Sequence record: NC_048668.1
DNA: 64,000 nucleotides
Strand: one strand, 5' to 3'
This document shows positions 17,091 to 27,269 of this stretch, piece by piece. The translations under genes and the position numbers were made by a program. Within the stretch, counting starts at the first letter, position 1, and each line of letters begins with the position of its first letter. The notes under the pieces are model-generated. The model was not told where the DNA came from and made no database searches. It saw nothing but the letters and a program-made list of their open reading frames with translations.

Positions 17091-17415
17091 ATGAAAGGTG
17101 TAAAACTGATCCCTGTTCCGAAGGGCTTTCAAAGGTCTGAAAACTGGTGATCGCTTTATCCTCTCCGTAGAGAACAATGGCGAATACCGCGCTTTCTTTA
17201 CCGACTCTACTCGTAAAGAGTCTGACCTGGACCTGTTGGCTATTGCCGACAACAAAACGCACGACCCATTCAACCGGAAAGGCGTTAAGTTCTCGGCGCA
17301 TGAAGTCCATGCTAAAACGCAGGACAGCATCACAATCCGTCCGGTATTGATCGGTAGCGCTGAGCCTGTTACTCAGTCTTACAAGCTCTCTCCGAAAAAC
17401 CTGCTGTCAGCCTAA
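17091..17415 (+). CDS. Hypothetical protein, about 107 aa, +1 frameshift at TTT 17127-17129 (absent from ORF track)
   Basis: AAGAGG RBS and ATG 17091 give only 19 codons. Removing one T opens an 88-codon frame to TAA 17415 with typical codon usage. Confidence 0.65.
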
Positions 17416-17428
17416 CTGGAGCTACACG

Positions 17429-17818
17429 ATGGCTGTTAAGAAAGTCAAGCACACCAGCGAAATAGCTAACTTCGCTGATATTGAGGCAGTGGCGTTCAAA
17501 ACTTCCCTGGATATCCTTAAGGCGTTGAATCGCAATAAGGGCGATACTATCCTGGTTTCCAGTGAAAAGATCTTCATCGAAGTTAAGGCCTTCATTAGCT
17601 CTTGTACGGGCGGCGAAGAAATGATGAAGCGTCTGATCCACGTGGCACTTGGAACGATACCTCTCGCCTTAGAGGAACGTTTACGCGGTATCCGTGGTAG
17701 TAACATGTACGTTGTCATGGAACAGAAGCGTTTCGCTACCTTCCATCCGGTAATTTGGAAATACGCTGATTTGCCGAAAATCAATAGCCACATTTCAGTT
17801 TACCGTATCCAGGAGTAA
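17429..17818 (+). CDS. Hypothetical protein
   Basis: GGAG RBS; 129 aa. Confidence 0.7.
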   Translation: MAVKKVKHTSEIANFADIEAVAFKTSLDILKALNRNKGDTILVSSEKIFIEVKAFISSCTGGEEMMKRLIHVALGTIPLALEERLRGIRGSNMYVVMEQKRFATFHPVIWKYADLPKINSHISVYRIQE

Positions 17819-17822
17819 TCCG

Positions 17823-18062
17823 ATGGGTCTGAAAGTTATTACCAAGGAAGAAGAGGAACAACGTATCCTCGAAACCGCTCATGAACTCATTGATGGCACT
17901 AGTGAGTGGATCAACTACCTTGACGGCGACAGCACGCAAGTTCAGTTGGACGGGTATTTCAATCTGGAAGAACTGGAAGCTATCTGTGCTGTCAAACGTA
18001 AAGCGCTGGGTGCAGAAGCTACTGGTCTGAAGGAAGCAGTTGATCTCAAGTACAATTCGTAA
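17823..18062 (+). CDS. Hypothetical protein
   Basis: AGGAG RBS; followed by a terminator. Confidence 0.7.
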   Translation: MGLKVITKEEEEQRILETAHELIDGTSEWINYLDGDSTQVQLDGYFNLEELEAICAVKRKALGAEATGLKEAVDLKYNS

Positions 18063-18068
18063 ACACAG

Positions 18069-18092
18069 GCGAGAGGGTTAATTCCCTCTCGC
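18069..18092 (+). terminator. Terminator hairpin (TTAATT loop)
   Basis: GCGAGAGGG-TTAATT-CCCTCTCGC followed by TTATTTT. Confidence 0.75.
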
Positions 18093-18144
18093 TTATTTTA
18101 CGCTCTAGTGATTTCTTTTTGATTAAAGTAAGGGGAGTTGAAGA

Positions 18145-18495
18145 ATGAAAACTACTGATGTAACTAAGATTGAAGATGGACTGATGTCTGTAAAGGAAGG
18201 GGATCGTATCCTGCTCGCTATGGATAACAAAGAAGAAGACCAAGAGAATTGGTTGTTCGTCTACAATCCAGGCTCAGGCTGCACTAGTAATCGCGAAGTC
18301 TACGCAGCTGCAATTGCATTCAACGACAAAATAAAACCATTGGAGCCTACTTCCATTGTCGTTCCCGTTTATATCTCCTGGGCTGATGAAAGCTACGTCC
18401 AGGGGATGCTCATTAGTCACGACGGTTCTATCGTTGCACCTATTCGTTTCCATCGCAGCGTAGATCGCGTCCTCATTGATCGGAGTACCCAGTAA
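18145..18495 (+). CDS. Hypothetical protein
   Basis: GGGGAG RBS; TAATG coupling to the next gene. Confidence 0.7.
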   Translation: MKTTDVTKIEDGLMSVKEGDRILLAMDNKEEDQENWLFVYNPGSGCTSNREVYAAAIAFNDKIKPLEPTSIVVPVYISWADESYVQGMLISHDGSIVAPIRFHRSVDRVLIDRSTQ

Positions 18496-18974
18496 TGAAA
18501 GGTTTGAAACATCACGAATATTCTCTGGCGATTGAACGTTTCCGTAAGTGGAAGAAAGAGGGGTTTAAAGGTGCTGACGCCGGGTTACCGGAACTACTGG
18601 AAGAGCTTAATAACATCCCTCAGGTAATTCCGTTGTGGTCATGCATCGGCCACCCTGACCGCCCAGGGAGTCAGCCCTACATTACCTTTGGCGTGAAGAA
18701 CGGAGATGCACCTGGTCGATACGCCGATGAGATCATGGACGAGATCTTCGTCTCTGGTATTCTCAAGTTCGAATACGGTCTGATGGTGGCTCCTTGGCAT
18801 GAGGATGAAGATTACATCATGACTGAAGATATGTTGGAGTTCACCATCCCAACCTTCACCATTCGCGGTACTGTAATGGGCAATGATGTTGAACAGAACA
18901 AAATGGCGAAAGAGCTGTTTATCTCCAACATCCAATCTATCATCATGAAGTTAGAGGCGTATACTGGATCATGA
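18495..18974 (+). CDS. Hypothetical protein with D..L.ELL..LN....WSC.GH motif
   Basis: Translationally coupled ORF, 159 aa. Confidence 0.7.
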   Translation: MKGLKHHEYSLAIERFRKWKKEGFKGADAGLPELLEELNNIPQVIPLWSCIGHPDRPGSQPYITFGVKNGDAPGRYADEIMDEIFVSGILKFEYGLMVAPWHEDEDYIMTEDMLEFTIPTFTIRGTVMGNDVEQNKMAKELFISNIQSIIMKLEAYTGS

Positions 18975-19453
18975 GTATTAAGAAACAGATCTTACAGGTT
19001 CTGACTAACTCCACTATGTCGGATAGCGATAAAATTACCGCTGTTCGGGAATTAGTTGACACGATTCCACCTGGGACAAAAGATACAGTAGCCATCATGG
19101 TCGCTCCTAATTGCGTCCATAAGCTATTCCGTTTAACCAACTTTAGAGAACTTGAAGAGATCGTCATCGATAACATTATCGTAGACGGGCACTCTTTAGG
19201 TGCCATGGTTCCTGTCGTGTTTAACTCAGTTACTCACGCCTCTGGTATCCATACGCAACGTATCACTGTCCAAACTCTGAAATACGGGCAGATTGCAGTA
19301 AGGGTATCGGTGGGGTTACAACGCGGTATCGTAAACGTCAAAGTCGAGCGTACTCCTACTGCAGTCGTTAATAACTATCTCGGATTAGATTCCACTCAGG
19401 ATGTTTCCGAGTTACCGGTATCGGCTCTGTTGAAAATCACCGGATTCCGTTGA
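18971..19453 (+). CDS. Hypothetical protein
   Basis: ATGA overlap with the previous gene; 160 aa. Confidence 0.7.
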   Translation: MSIKKQILQVLTNSTMSDSDKITAVRELVDTIPPGTKDTVAIMVAPNCVHKLFRLTNFRELEEIVIDNIIVDGHSLGAMVPVVFNSVTHASGIHTQRITVQTLKYGQIAVRVSVGLQRGIVNVKVERTPTAVVNNYLGLDSTQDVSELPVSALLKITGFR

Positions 19454-19461
19454 GGTAAAGA

Positions 19462-19746
19462 ATGGCAACTTATAGCAACACTTTCTCCGTATCCTTCGAG
19501 TTCAAAGACTACAAGTCTAATACTCGGGATATCTACGTAGAGCACCTGGTAATGGACTGGGGCGTTCCAAAACGTAAACTGGACCGAATGTCTGTCCGTC
19601 AACTTAAATCGCTCTACGAGCGTCTGAAGACCGGTTATAAGGCTAAGACGAAAACGCGTAGTGCGGTTAAACAATACGGTCGTAACGCTGACGTCGTAGT
19701 CATGGGCAAATACATGGATACGGGGATGACAAATGGCTTTTGTTAA
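19462..19746 (+). CDS. Hypothetical basic protein
   Basis: GAGG RBS; 94 aa. Confidence 0.65.
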   Translation: MATYSNTFSVSFEFKDYKSNTRDIYVEHLVMDWGVPKRKLDRMSVRQLKSLYERLKTGYKAKTKTRSAVKQYGRNADVVVMGKYMDTGMTNGFC

Positions 19747-20141
19747 CGTCGTGAAGGTAAAGTCACCACCGGTCAAAAAGGAACGGAAAGAACCAGTACC
19801 GTTCCTCCGTATCAGCGCTAAACAGGGGACCTGTATGTTATCCCCTGAATTCTTGGCGTCGTTTGAAGAAGAGTTTGATAGCATTAATTTCTAATTTCGA
19901 CGAGTGGACTAACGAGTTTCGTTTCAAGTTAGGGACGGGTCTACTCACGAGGATTAAAGCCGGTGGCAACTTCTACATCCCGTCTAAGATATCTCGTGAT
20001 ATTAACGGTAAACACACTCGCTACCCGGAAAGTCATTACGGGTATCGTGGGTGGTGTCGGTCGTTTTATTACAAACTATCTCTGAAAGATGACGGGTATT
20101 GGTACGGCGAATATATCGGTCGCCATAACCCTAACAAGTAA
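19733..20141 (+). CDS. Hypothetical protein, about 135 aa, +1 frameshift near 19886-19890
   Basis: ATG 19733 (GGGGA RBS) stops at 19894. The +1 frame continues as ORF 19863..20141, which has no RBS of its own. Confidence 0.5.
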
Positions 20142-20150
20142 GGAAATGGA

Positions 20151-21032
20151 GTGGAAAGTATTAAAGTTAATTACGGTACCCCGGATGTTTTAATTCCGCT
20201 TTGGGAAACCCCAGAGTTGTCAATTACTGAAGCCATGGGGGAAGATTCATTAATCGTACTCAATGGCGTGGAAACAGAATTAGGTTCTGTACGCGACTAC
20301 TTAGCATTTGAACGCTTGGGGTTTTGCGGCTGCGGTCTACCTGATGAGGTGGACCGATTTTGGGTAGATCAAATAGTCTCAATCGATAGCGATCAGGAAA
20401 CGATCGATTACATTGGTTACGCTGGCGGGTTGGAATACTTTATCCAAACTGCAATTCGGCATAAAGCACTTGATGATAAATTAAAATTAACCCCGTTTGG
20501 TAAGTTGTTAGTTCTGATCATCCGAGCGCATTATGATCAGACCGTAGATGAAGAAGACCAGGAACCTACTCCTGTGATTACGCACGTAGTCAGTAAAGCC
20601 GATTCGTTCGAGAATGTTCAGGACAAAATCGACTACTTCTTACTCCGTGCGTTGGTAGTTCCTGGGATCATTCGTAACATGGAATTACCTAACGATAGTT
20701 GGTCGAAAACCTATGAGCAGCGCCAAGGTTCGGATCCAATGAATCTTTCTGACGGTGTTTATTACTGGGTATTTCATTCGTTAGGGGACTTAGGATGGGA
20801 GGAACATGGGGGATCTGCTCCAGGCTGGCTTACTTCAGACGGGGAGGATAAGTTGTGCGAACTTATCCGTCGTTTTGGTATTGATGAACTCTCTATTTTT
20901 TCACTTATTGAAAAGGGTTTTACTTTCAGAGAGCATCGATCAGATTACCTGACCCAATTCATACCTGAGTTTGAAAAGAAATACCCTAATGTAGACTGGA
21001 AATATATTTATCGCTTAAAAGATAAATTATAA
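20151..21032 (+). CDS. Conserved phage hypothetical protein (LGFCGCG.P and EHGGS.PGWLT..G motifs)
   Basis: AAGGA RBS, GTG start; 293 aa. Confidence 0.7.
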   Translation: MESIKVNYGTPDVLIPLWETPELSITEAMGEDSLIVLNGVETELGSVRDYLAFERLGFCGCGLPDEVDRFWVDQIVSIDSDQETIDYIGYAGGLEYFIQTAIRHKALDDKLKLTPFGKLLVLIIRAHYDQTVDEEDQEPTPVITHVVSKADSFENVQDKIDYFLLRALVVPGIIRNMELPNDSWSKTYEQRQGSDPMNLSDGVYYWVFHSLGDLGWEEHGGSAPGWLTSDGEDKLCELIRRFGIDELSIFSLIEKGFTFREHRSDYLTQFIPEFEKKYPNVDWKYIYRLKDKL

Positions 21033-21080
21033 ACCCTAGTTAAATCTAAGAAACCTGAATAACTTATAAGGAATACCATA

Positions 21081-21659
21081 ATGTTTGACAAAACCAAGCT
21101 CCACCCTAAACCAATTCATCGTGGCACTAACAACTTTTACCTGCACTGGCGTTATGGTATTCCTCACCATACTCGCACCGGGGTAAAAATAAATAACGGC
21201 GATGTTATCGACGGAGTCGAGTTCCGTGTCACGATAAACGATGATGGCAGCTATTCATCGGCAGGTCCGATAATTGATGGTATGGTTCATGGCGAATGCT
21301 GTCCGGTTGTAGAGGATGCATTTGTTGTAACTACTTACAACTATAGCCATGATACCGACCTTAGTCTGGAAAGGACAGTTGACTTACTCCAGTACAGCAA
21401 ACGTACTATCATCGTTGGTTACAGCTCTGAGATCGCTAAGTTGAAATCAATGCTTTCTCCAGAACAATTTAAGTTGGCAACGTTCCACGTCATTCATGAC
21501 ATGTGTACTGTAGACGACTTCAGAAGGGGTGTGAAGCGGGCCTGTAACAATCCAGGCAAACACCCAATGGTCTTCCTGGGATGTCTTCAAGAGGCAGTTG
21601 GTGCCGCTATGGCCGGTATCTCCGATATCGAGAACGAACACTACATCTTCATCTGGTAA
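21081..21659 (+). CDS. Hypothetical protein
   Basis: AAGGA RBS; followed by a terminator. Confidence 0.7.
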   Translation: MFDKTKLHPKPIHRGTNNFYLHWRYGIPHHTRTGVKINNGDVIDGVEFRVTINDDGSYSSAGPIIDGMVHGECCPVVEDAFVVTTYNYSHDTDLSLERTVDLLQYSKRTIIVGYSSEIAKLKSMLSPEQFKLATFHVIHDMCTVDDFRRGVKRACNNPGKHPMVFLGCLQEAVGAAMAGISDIENEHYIFIW

Positions 21660-21667
21660 CAGCCAGG

Positions 21668-21689
21668 GCCAGGGGTTAATTCCCCTGGC
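21668..21689 (+). terminator. Terminator hairpin (TTAATT loop)
   Basis: GCCAGGGG-TTAATT-CCCCTGGC followed by a long T tract. Confidence 0.75.
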
Positions 21690-21751
21690 TTTATTTTTTT
21701 GTACGTACCGAACACTATTTATAGTTAACTTAATTAACCGAGGTAAGTTAA

Positions 21752-22145
21752 ATGAGCCTTGTATTGAAATTAGCTACTCTACCTAAACCTGACCTGAATA
21801 ACATCACTCGTCAGTGGATTAATATCTCGAAAGAGTTCGATGCCGGGATGATTTAGCGATGAGCTTTTCTACCATCGCTTCGAAGAGGTAGCTACGGCCA
21901 AAACACCAGATTTCCTTTTGTTCATCCAGGACTGCTATTCTAAATTCCACAACGAGTCGTATGCGTCCATACCGGACGGAAATGGTTTTGCTGTTCACCC
22001 AGACTTACTGAAAGCATTGGGCGATTTGGAAGCGAACGGTATTACTGCTATTGCCGACCAGGAGTTCATGAACGCCATTAAGAAGTTGGCTAATGAAGTA
22101 GACCACAGCAAGACCTGGGTATTCTTCTACGTCGAGAAGAAATAG
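21752..22145 (+). CDS. Hypothetical protein, about 130 aa, +1 frameshift at TTT 21852-21854
   Basis: GAGG RBS and ATG 21752 stop at 21856. Removing one T joins the frame to ORF 21918..22145. Confidence 0.6.
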
Positions 22146-22146
22146 A

Positions 22147-22416
22147 ATGCGTACTCTCTCTTATTACTCCGCTATGGATCAGTCCCCCGCCAAGTTTAAA
22201 CGAGCTAGTCATACACTCTCTTTCCTTTCTTTTAAGACAACGGTTCCGTTCAGAATCATTAATCGGCTCACGCTGAAGAACGCGATTAAGTTGGCTAAGA
22301 AAGAGGGTTATAACTCGGATAAGGATTGGCGAGAGTATCCGTGTAAATGGCACCTGCGTCCAGATTACGAACTGGAGCAGTGTGCATGTGAACCACCATG
22401 TAAAGGTACAAAATGA
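22147..22416 (+). CDS. Hypothetical protein
   Basis: 89-aa ORF within the operon. Confidence 0.55.
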   Translation: MRTLSYYSAMDQSPAKFKRASHTLSFLSFKTTVPFRIINRLTLKNAIKLAKKEGYNSDKDWREYPCKWHLRPDYELEQCACEPPCKGTK

Positions 22417-22838
22417 TGAAAAGTAAAGTAATCTCCGGATTCCCTGGCGTAGGTAAAAGTACCCTGTTCAACACTGGGTTAAACTGCTCGGACTCAGATT
22501 CCTCTAAGTTCGATAAGAGCCTATTCCCTGGTAATTACATTTCCCATATTCAGAAACTATTAAACTCAGGGGAGCTGGACTTTGTCTTTGTGTCTTCACA
22601 TGAGATCGTTCGCGATGCACTTATTTCGGCAGAGATTCCGTTTACTCTCGTTTATCCGTGCCTAGAGGCAAAAGCGGACTTCATCGAGCGTTATAAGTCT
22701 CGCGGATCGCCAGAAGGTTTTATCAATCTTTTGGACAATAACTTCGAATCGTGGGTTCGGGAGTGCCAAGCGCTTAATCACCCGTTAGTCACAAAGATCG
22801 AGCTAGCGCCGGGTCAATTTTTATCCGATGTTATTTAA
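22413..22838 (+). CDS. Small P-loop NTPase/kinase-like protein
   Basis: N-terminal VISGFPGVGKST Walker A; sits directly upstream of thyA. Confidence 0.7.
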   Translation: MMKSKVISGFPGVGKSTLFNTGLNCSDSDSSKFDKSLFPGNYISHIQKLLNSGELDFVFVSSHEIVRDALISAEIPFTLVYPCLEAKADFIERYKSRGSPEGFINLLDNNFESWVRECQALNHPLVTKIELAPGQFLSDVI

Positions 22839-22850
22839 CAGGGGAAAGAG

Positions 22851-23705
22851 ATGCAGCAGTATTCTGATTTAGGTAACCGCATCATCAACGAAGGTATTTG
22901 GATTGAGAACCCACGTACCGGCGTTAAATGTAAAACTGTACTGAACCACACGTTCGTCTATGACGTCGGTAACTGTGAAGTTCCGGTGGTCACTACGCGT
23001 AAGGTTCCTTACCGTGGCGCGTTCGGTGAGTTCATCGGTTATCTTCAGGGTAAAGACAGCGCAGCCGATCTGCGTGAACTGGGTAGCAAAACCTGGGATG
23101 GTAATGCTAACGAAAACAAATCGTGGTTAGCTAACCCTAACCGTAAAGGTGAAGATGACCTCGGTCGTATCTATGGCGTCCAAATGAGGGACTGGGTTAA
23201 CCAATTTGGTGAGCATTTCGATCAGTTGAAGAAAGTCATCAATAACCTGAAACAAGGCATTGACGACCGGGGTGAAGTCGTGACGTTCTGGAACCCAGGC
23301 GAATTCGACTACGGCTGTCTGCGCCCCTGTATGCACACGCATACCTTCTCTATCTTCGACGGTAAACTGCACATGACTTCAGTCAGTCGCTCAGTGGACG
23401 TTCCGCTGGGCTTACCGGCTAACATGATGCAGTGTTACTTCTTCCTGGATCTGGTTGCCCGTCTGACCGGCCTGGTTCCTGGTAAGGTAACTCACCACAT
23501 GATCAACGTCCATGTCTACGAGAACCAGTACGATCTGTTCGTTGAAGAAATGAAACGTCCGGTCATGGAATCCAACGCTACTCTGTGGCTAGATCCTCGG
23601 TTACTTCTGGCGGGGATTGATGGTATCGATACGCTGACCAAAGAGTCTGTCGTATTAGAAGACTACTCAGCTCATCCACCGATCAAATATCCTTTCACCG
23701 TTTAA
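22851..23705 (+). CDS. thyA: Thymidylate synthase
   Basis: PVVTTRKV, LGRIYGVQMR, LRPCM (catalytic Cys), RSVDVPLGLPAN and HVYENQ motifs. Confidence 0.95.
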   Translation: MQQYSDLGNRIINEGIWIENPRTGVKCKTVLNHTFVYDVGNCEVPVVTTRKVPYRGAFGEFIGYLQGKDSAADLRELGSKTWDGNANENKSWLANPNRKGEDDLGRIYGVQMRDWVNQFGEHFDQLKKVINNLKQGIDDRGEVVTFWNPGEFDYGCLRPCMHTHTFSIFDGKLHMTSVSRSVDVPLGLPANMMQCYFFLDLVARLTGLVPGKVTHHMINVHVYENQYDLFVEEMKRPVMESNATLWLDPRLLLAGIDGIDTLTKESVVLEDYSAHPPIKYPFTV

Positions 23706-23715
23706 CTGTCATATT

Positions 23716-23740
23716 CCGTAGGGGTATTTAGCCCCTACGG
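23716..23740 (+). terminator. Terminator hairpin
   Basis: CCGTAGGGG / CCCCTACGG. Confidence 0.65.
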
Positions 23741-23765
23741 TTACTGTCTTAATAGGGAGTACATT

Positions 23766-24497
23766 ATGGGCGCAGTATTCGATATTAGTTTCAATCAGGA
23801 TACCGTTGTTCAAGGTATTAAGATTAATAAGGGCTACGACCAAGTTCGCCATGACTTAGGTTTCGGTTTGATTACTCTGGATGCTACCGGTAAAATAACC
23901 GGCGGTTATGGTGAATGCGTTACTGAGGAAACTCTGACTAAAATGACCGGTGTCCTCGATTGTACCGATCGTCAGTATTTCTTCTACAAGGGTCAATTGT
24001 TGTTCCCGCAAGCAATTGTCTCTTCGGAGTTCTCTAGACTGTTCGACACGTTTTACAGAGACTTCGGTCCGTGTGTACACGATGGTAAAATCATCACTAT
24101 GTCGGAAGACGGTGCTGAGTATTTCCTCAGTGCTCTGAACCACTACCGTAAAGCTCTGAGCACCGATTACAAAGTGAAAGGTACTTTCGAGCTCTACTTC
24201 CAAAAAGATAACCCGTACTTCAACACCGGGTTCTTTGGACGTGCTCCTATCGAAGAGTATTTGGAAGATCTCGATAAGTTAAGGGAATATTACCAGACCG
24301 GCACCGAGAATTGGCGCATCGGCACGGTAGTTAAAGAACACACCGTTGAAGAGATGTTTGAGTTGCTTCGTCAGAAGTGGGGCGATGCTGATGTCAACAC
24401 GACTAAAGTCAAAGCGATTGGCGGCGGGTTCTGGGAGCTCATGCGCTCGGAAGGCATTCCGGAATTCTCATTTGACGGCGAAATTAAATTATATTGA
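23766..24497 (+). CDS. Hypothetical protein
   Basis: GGGAG RBS; 243 aa. Confidence 0.75.
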   Translation: MGAVFDISFNQDTVVQGIKINKGYDQVRHDLGFGLITLDATGKITGGYGECVTEETLTKMTGVLDCTDRQYFFYKGQLLFPQAIVSSEFSRLFDTFYRDFGPCVHDGKIITMSEDGAEYFLSALNHYRKALSTDYKVKGTFELYFQKDNPYFNTGFFGRAPIEEYLEDLDKLREYYQTGTENWRIGTVVKEHTVEEMFELLRQKWGDADVNTTKVKAIGGGFWELMRSEGIPEFSFDGEIKLY

Positions 24498-24573
24498 CCT
24501 GGTCGACAGTCTGTTTATCAAACAGACCGAACTATGATGCGATCATCGCTTACTAAAAAATAGGAAGTGTGTA

Positions 24574-25434
24574 ATGAAATACAGAATCGATACCAATATC
24601 CACAACCCGGCCCAACCAATTTCCATCATCGTGGATCATGGCGATAAGGACTGGCGCAAGAAGGCTTTCAATACCCTGGTGGAAAAATACGAACTGCAGG
24701 ACGTAGACGTCAGGGATGCAATTAATCCGATTCTCACAATGTGCGAAGACGGTAACAGCTGTTCTGGTCACATTGCTTTTGCGCCAAGTGGATGGAACAT
24801 GGCGTACACGATCACTCGTCTCTTGGGTGAAGAAGGTTGGAACAATCTGCTCAACGCCATCTCAGCTGAACCAGCACCAACTGATGAACTGAAGGAACTG
24901 ATGAGTAGCCCTCGTCGTTACGTTAGACACGATCCTAAAGTAGTGACTATCGAAATCACTGGTCAAGCACGCGCCGGTAAAACATCGGTCGCTGCTATCT
25001 TGTATCGCTTACTGGAAAGCGCCGGGGTTTCAACTACCCTGCAGTCCGATGATCTGTCAGTTGTCAGTGAAACACCAGACATCATGGCAGCTGTAGCTCG
25101 CTTGAAGGCGACTGGGTCTAAGGTAGTGATCAAAGACCTGCCAAGTACTGGCGATGCTCTTAAGATGGTATATACCGTCCCTGAGCTGATCCAAATGCTT
25201 CGTGAACTTGAAGGTGGCGCCAGTCTACTGATCCGCGTAGCTGAGAACGGCACCCTCTATCGTGAAGAGTACGAGTATACCCCGGTAGAAACGTTCAATG
25301 CGCTTCTCGACCTGTCGCTGATCGGTTACGCCGGTAACCCGCACCATGGTTCCGTTGAACTCACTTCACTGGGTCAAGTTGTATTCGATCAGTACACTGC
25401 GTTTATCGCCGATGAAGAAGACGAAGAAGTATAA
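24574..25434 (+). CDS. Hypothetical protein with internal P-loop
   Basis: IEITGQARAGKTS Walker A-like motif; CTATGA at 24532-24537 upstream. Confidence 0.65.
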   Translation: MKYRIDTNIHNPAQPISIIVDHGDKDWRKKAFNTLVEKYELQDVDVRDAINPILTMCEDGNSCSGHIAFAPSGWNMAYTITRLLGEEGWNNLLNAISAEPAPTDELKELMSSPRRYVRHDPKVVTIEITGQARAGKTSVAAILYRLLESAGVSTTLQSDDLSVVSETPDIMAAVARLKATGSKVVIKDLPSTGDALKMVYTVPELIQMLRELEGGASLLIRVAENGTLYREEYEYTPVETFNALLDLSLIGYAGNPHHGSVELTSLGQVVFDQYTAFIADEEDEEV

Positions 25435-25442
25435 GTCATAAC

Positions 25443-25464
25443 AGCTAGGGGTTTTCCCCTAGCT
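25443..25464 (+). terminator. Terminator hairpin
   Basis: AGCTAGGGG / CCCCTAGCT followed by a T tract. Confidence 0.75.
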
Positions 25465-25485
25465 TTTTATTTTTTGGAGCAATGT

Positions 25486-25929
25486 ATGTTTGAATGGTTA
25501 AAACGTTTGATTCAAAAGGATTATTACCAACGTAAGTTAGAGATGAATATCCGACTTTGGACACTGCATTTACGTGACCACAGAGGAACGGACTGTTATA
25601 CGTTCACAACGAGATTGGATGCCAATCCTCGGTTCCACAAGTACGGTGAGAATCATACTCGTAACTATTATTACAACCTGGCGTTAGATGCATTTACCCG
25701 GATGCGGGACAACGGTAGGTTGAAAGAATTCAAGTTAACGGAGAGCTCTGATTACATTCGCTGCTACTACCGTTTTCCCACTAAGTCAGGTACAGTACAT
25801 CACCACTACATCTCGCTCGCTTACTTTGACGTCGTTGATTTTGCAGTTGAGATGGATGCAATCATGGATTTCAGTAGGGTCACCAAACGTAACGTCAGAT
25901 TCGGTTACCTTAGCACGAGGTATTTTTAA
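25486..25929 (+). CDS. Hypothetical protein
   Basis: GGAG RBS before ATG 25486. Confidence 0.65.
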   Translation: MFEWLKRLIQKDYYQRKLEMNIRLWTLHLRDHRGTDCYTFTTRLDANPRFHKYGENHTRNYYYNLALDAFTRMRDNGRLKEFKLTESSDYIRCYYRFPTKSGTVHHHYISLAYFDVVDFAVEMDAIMDFSRVTKRNVRFGYLSTRYF

Positions 25930-26123
25930 ACTCTCGTTAAGTAAATCGTAAAACTAACTTTTTGCATCTTTGTTTGGGTTGTATTTCAACATGGCTAACC
26001 CTTCGGTTTAAGATAAGTCATCATAGAACAGGTCGGAGTCTGATTATTTTTTACGGGTCTAATGGTAGTATGAAGCTAACCCTCAAACCGTTAGCCGTGG
26101 GGAGAATAGTTGGAGTGGTTAAC

Positions 26124-26163
26124 CCCACTCCAACCTATTTAACGTCTATATTACCTTTTTGAA
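26124..26163 (+). promoter_or_regulatory. Early-promoter-like motif copy 3
   Basis: CCCACTCCAA-N12-CTATATTACCTTTTTGAA, overlapping an upstream hairpin. Confidence 0.55.
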
Positions 26164-26199
26164 TAGCAGTTCAAATTAACCTAAATAAGGAACACTAAA

Positions 26200-26707
26200 A
26201 TGACTACTCTAGAATCCCGTAAAGAAGCTCTGAAACACTTCATCCAGTCTCCAGCTACCGCTGAAGCCATCAGTGAATTCCGTCGCGATGAAGATCGTAA
26301 AGTTGGTAAGTTTATCGATACCGTTATGGGTGATGTGGAACGTGCGATGGGAGTCATGTTTACTGACCTGGCTTCGATCTCCGCTACAGCCTGCCTGGCT
26401 GACAAATGGGCGGTTCACTCAAACCAAGGTGGCGAATCCTATTTCAGCTACAAAGCAGAAGTGGCGGGTTACACTGTCATCGGTACTATTTGAAGTTAAC
26501 TCTACTGTTACCTTCAGAATCAAATACAACGAAGAAGATTACAGTCGTATTACTTCCGGTGTATGTTTCTGCGCTATGCATCGTACCGAAGTTATCAAGC
26601 AACTCGAAGCTCTCCTCACACTGCATTATCCGGATATCGCAGTAATGGTAGATACGCCAAAGATCGACTTCACTAACGAAGCCATGAACAAAACCATCCG
26701 TCAATAA
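26200..26707 (+). CDS. Hypothetical early protein, about 168 aa, +1 frameshift at TTT 26489-26491
   Basis: ORF 26200..26493 stops at ATT TGA. Removing one T continues as EVNSTVTFRIKY to 26707; the downstream part has no start or RBS of its own. Confidence 0.6.
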
Positions 26708-26720
26708 TTCTAAGGAGAAA

Positions 26721-27254
26721 ATGATGGGAACTTATATTTACGCAGAGTCACAATGTAAGAAAGGTAAGACCTGGGTTGATACTTACAGCTCCTTCGGTCC
26801 TTTAAAAAGTAGCGAGCTTAGCCAACTATTTGGTTGGGGTAAATCAAATTACCTGGCCGATGAGGTAGGCTTTATCCTTTCTAAACACAACGGTGCGCCG
26901 GAGGTTTTATTCTCATCTGAGTTTGAGTGGGATTACGACTACGCTCGTAACTGGTTTATGGGCTCTGAATTAATTGCTCTGATGGATTCGGGTAAGACCA
27001 TTCCTCGTCGCGGTTATCTTTCCCGTAAGGAATTCTTGACCTGGGACGGGAAAAGTGAATTGGATAGCTACTCAGGCAACGCTTGGGGCAAAACCGTCCA
27101 TATGGCTGCGGCGAATAAAGTGGATGATTACGATTGCGTTCTGGTTACCTGGGAAAGTACGCTTAGTTCGGTGTTAGGCACCTTCGGCACTTTTGTACGT
27201 GAAGAAGTTGCTGAGCATGGCGATGTTCGTATCGTTTATGGTTTCGATCAATAA
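26721..27254 (+). CDS. Hypothetical protein
   Basis: AAGGAG RBS; 177 aa. Confidence 0.75.
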   Translation: MMGTYIYAESQCKKGKTWVDTYSSFGPLKSSELSQLFGWGKSNYLADEVGFILSKHNGAPEVLFSSEFEWDYDYARNWFMGSELIALMDSGKTIPRRGYLSRKEFLTWDGKSELDSYSGNAWGKTVHMAAANKVDDYDCVLVTWESTLSSVLGTFGTFVREEVAEHGDVRIVYGFDQ

Positions 27255-27269
27255 CTCCAAGGAGGAGAC

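Noticed and set aside
25930-26140. GCTAACCCT repeated about 80 nt apart and a 66-aa TTG ORF
   Set aside because: Only two short copies plus one degenerate copy, not a CRISPR-like array. The ORF has no RBS or convincing start, so the region is left unassigned.
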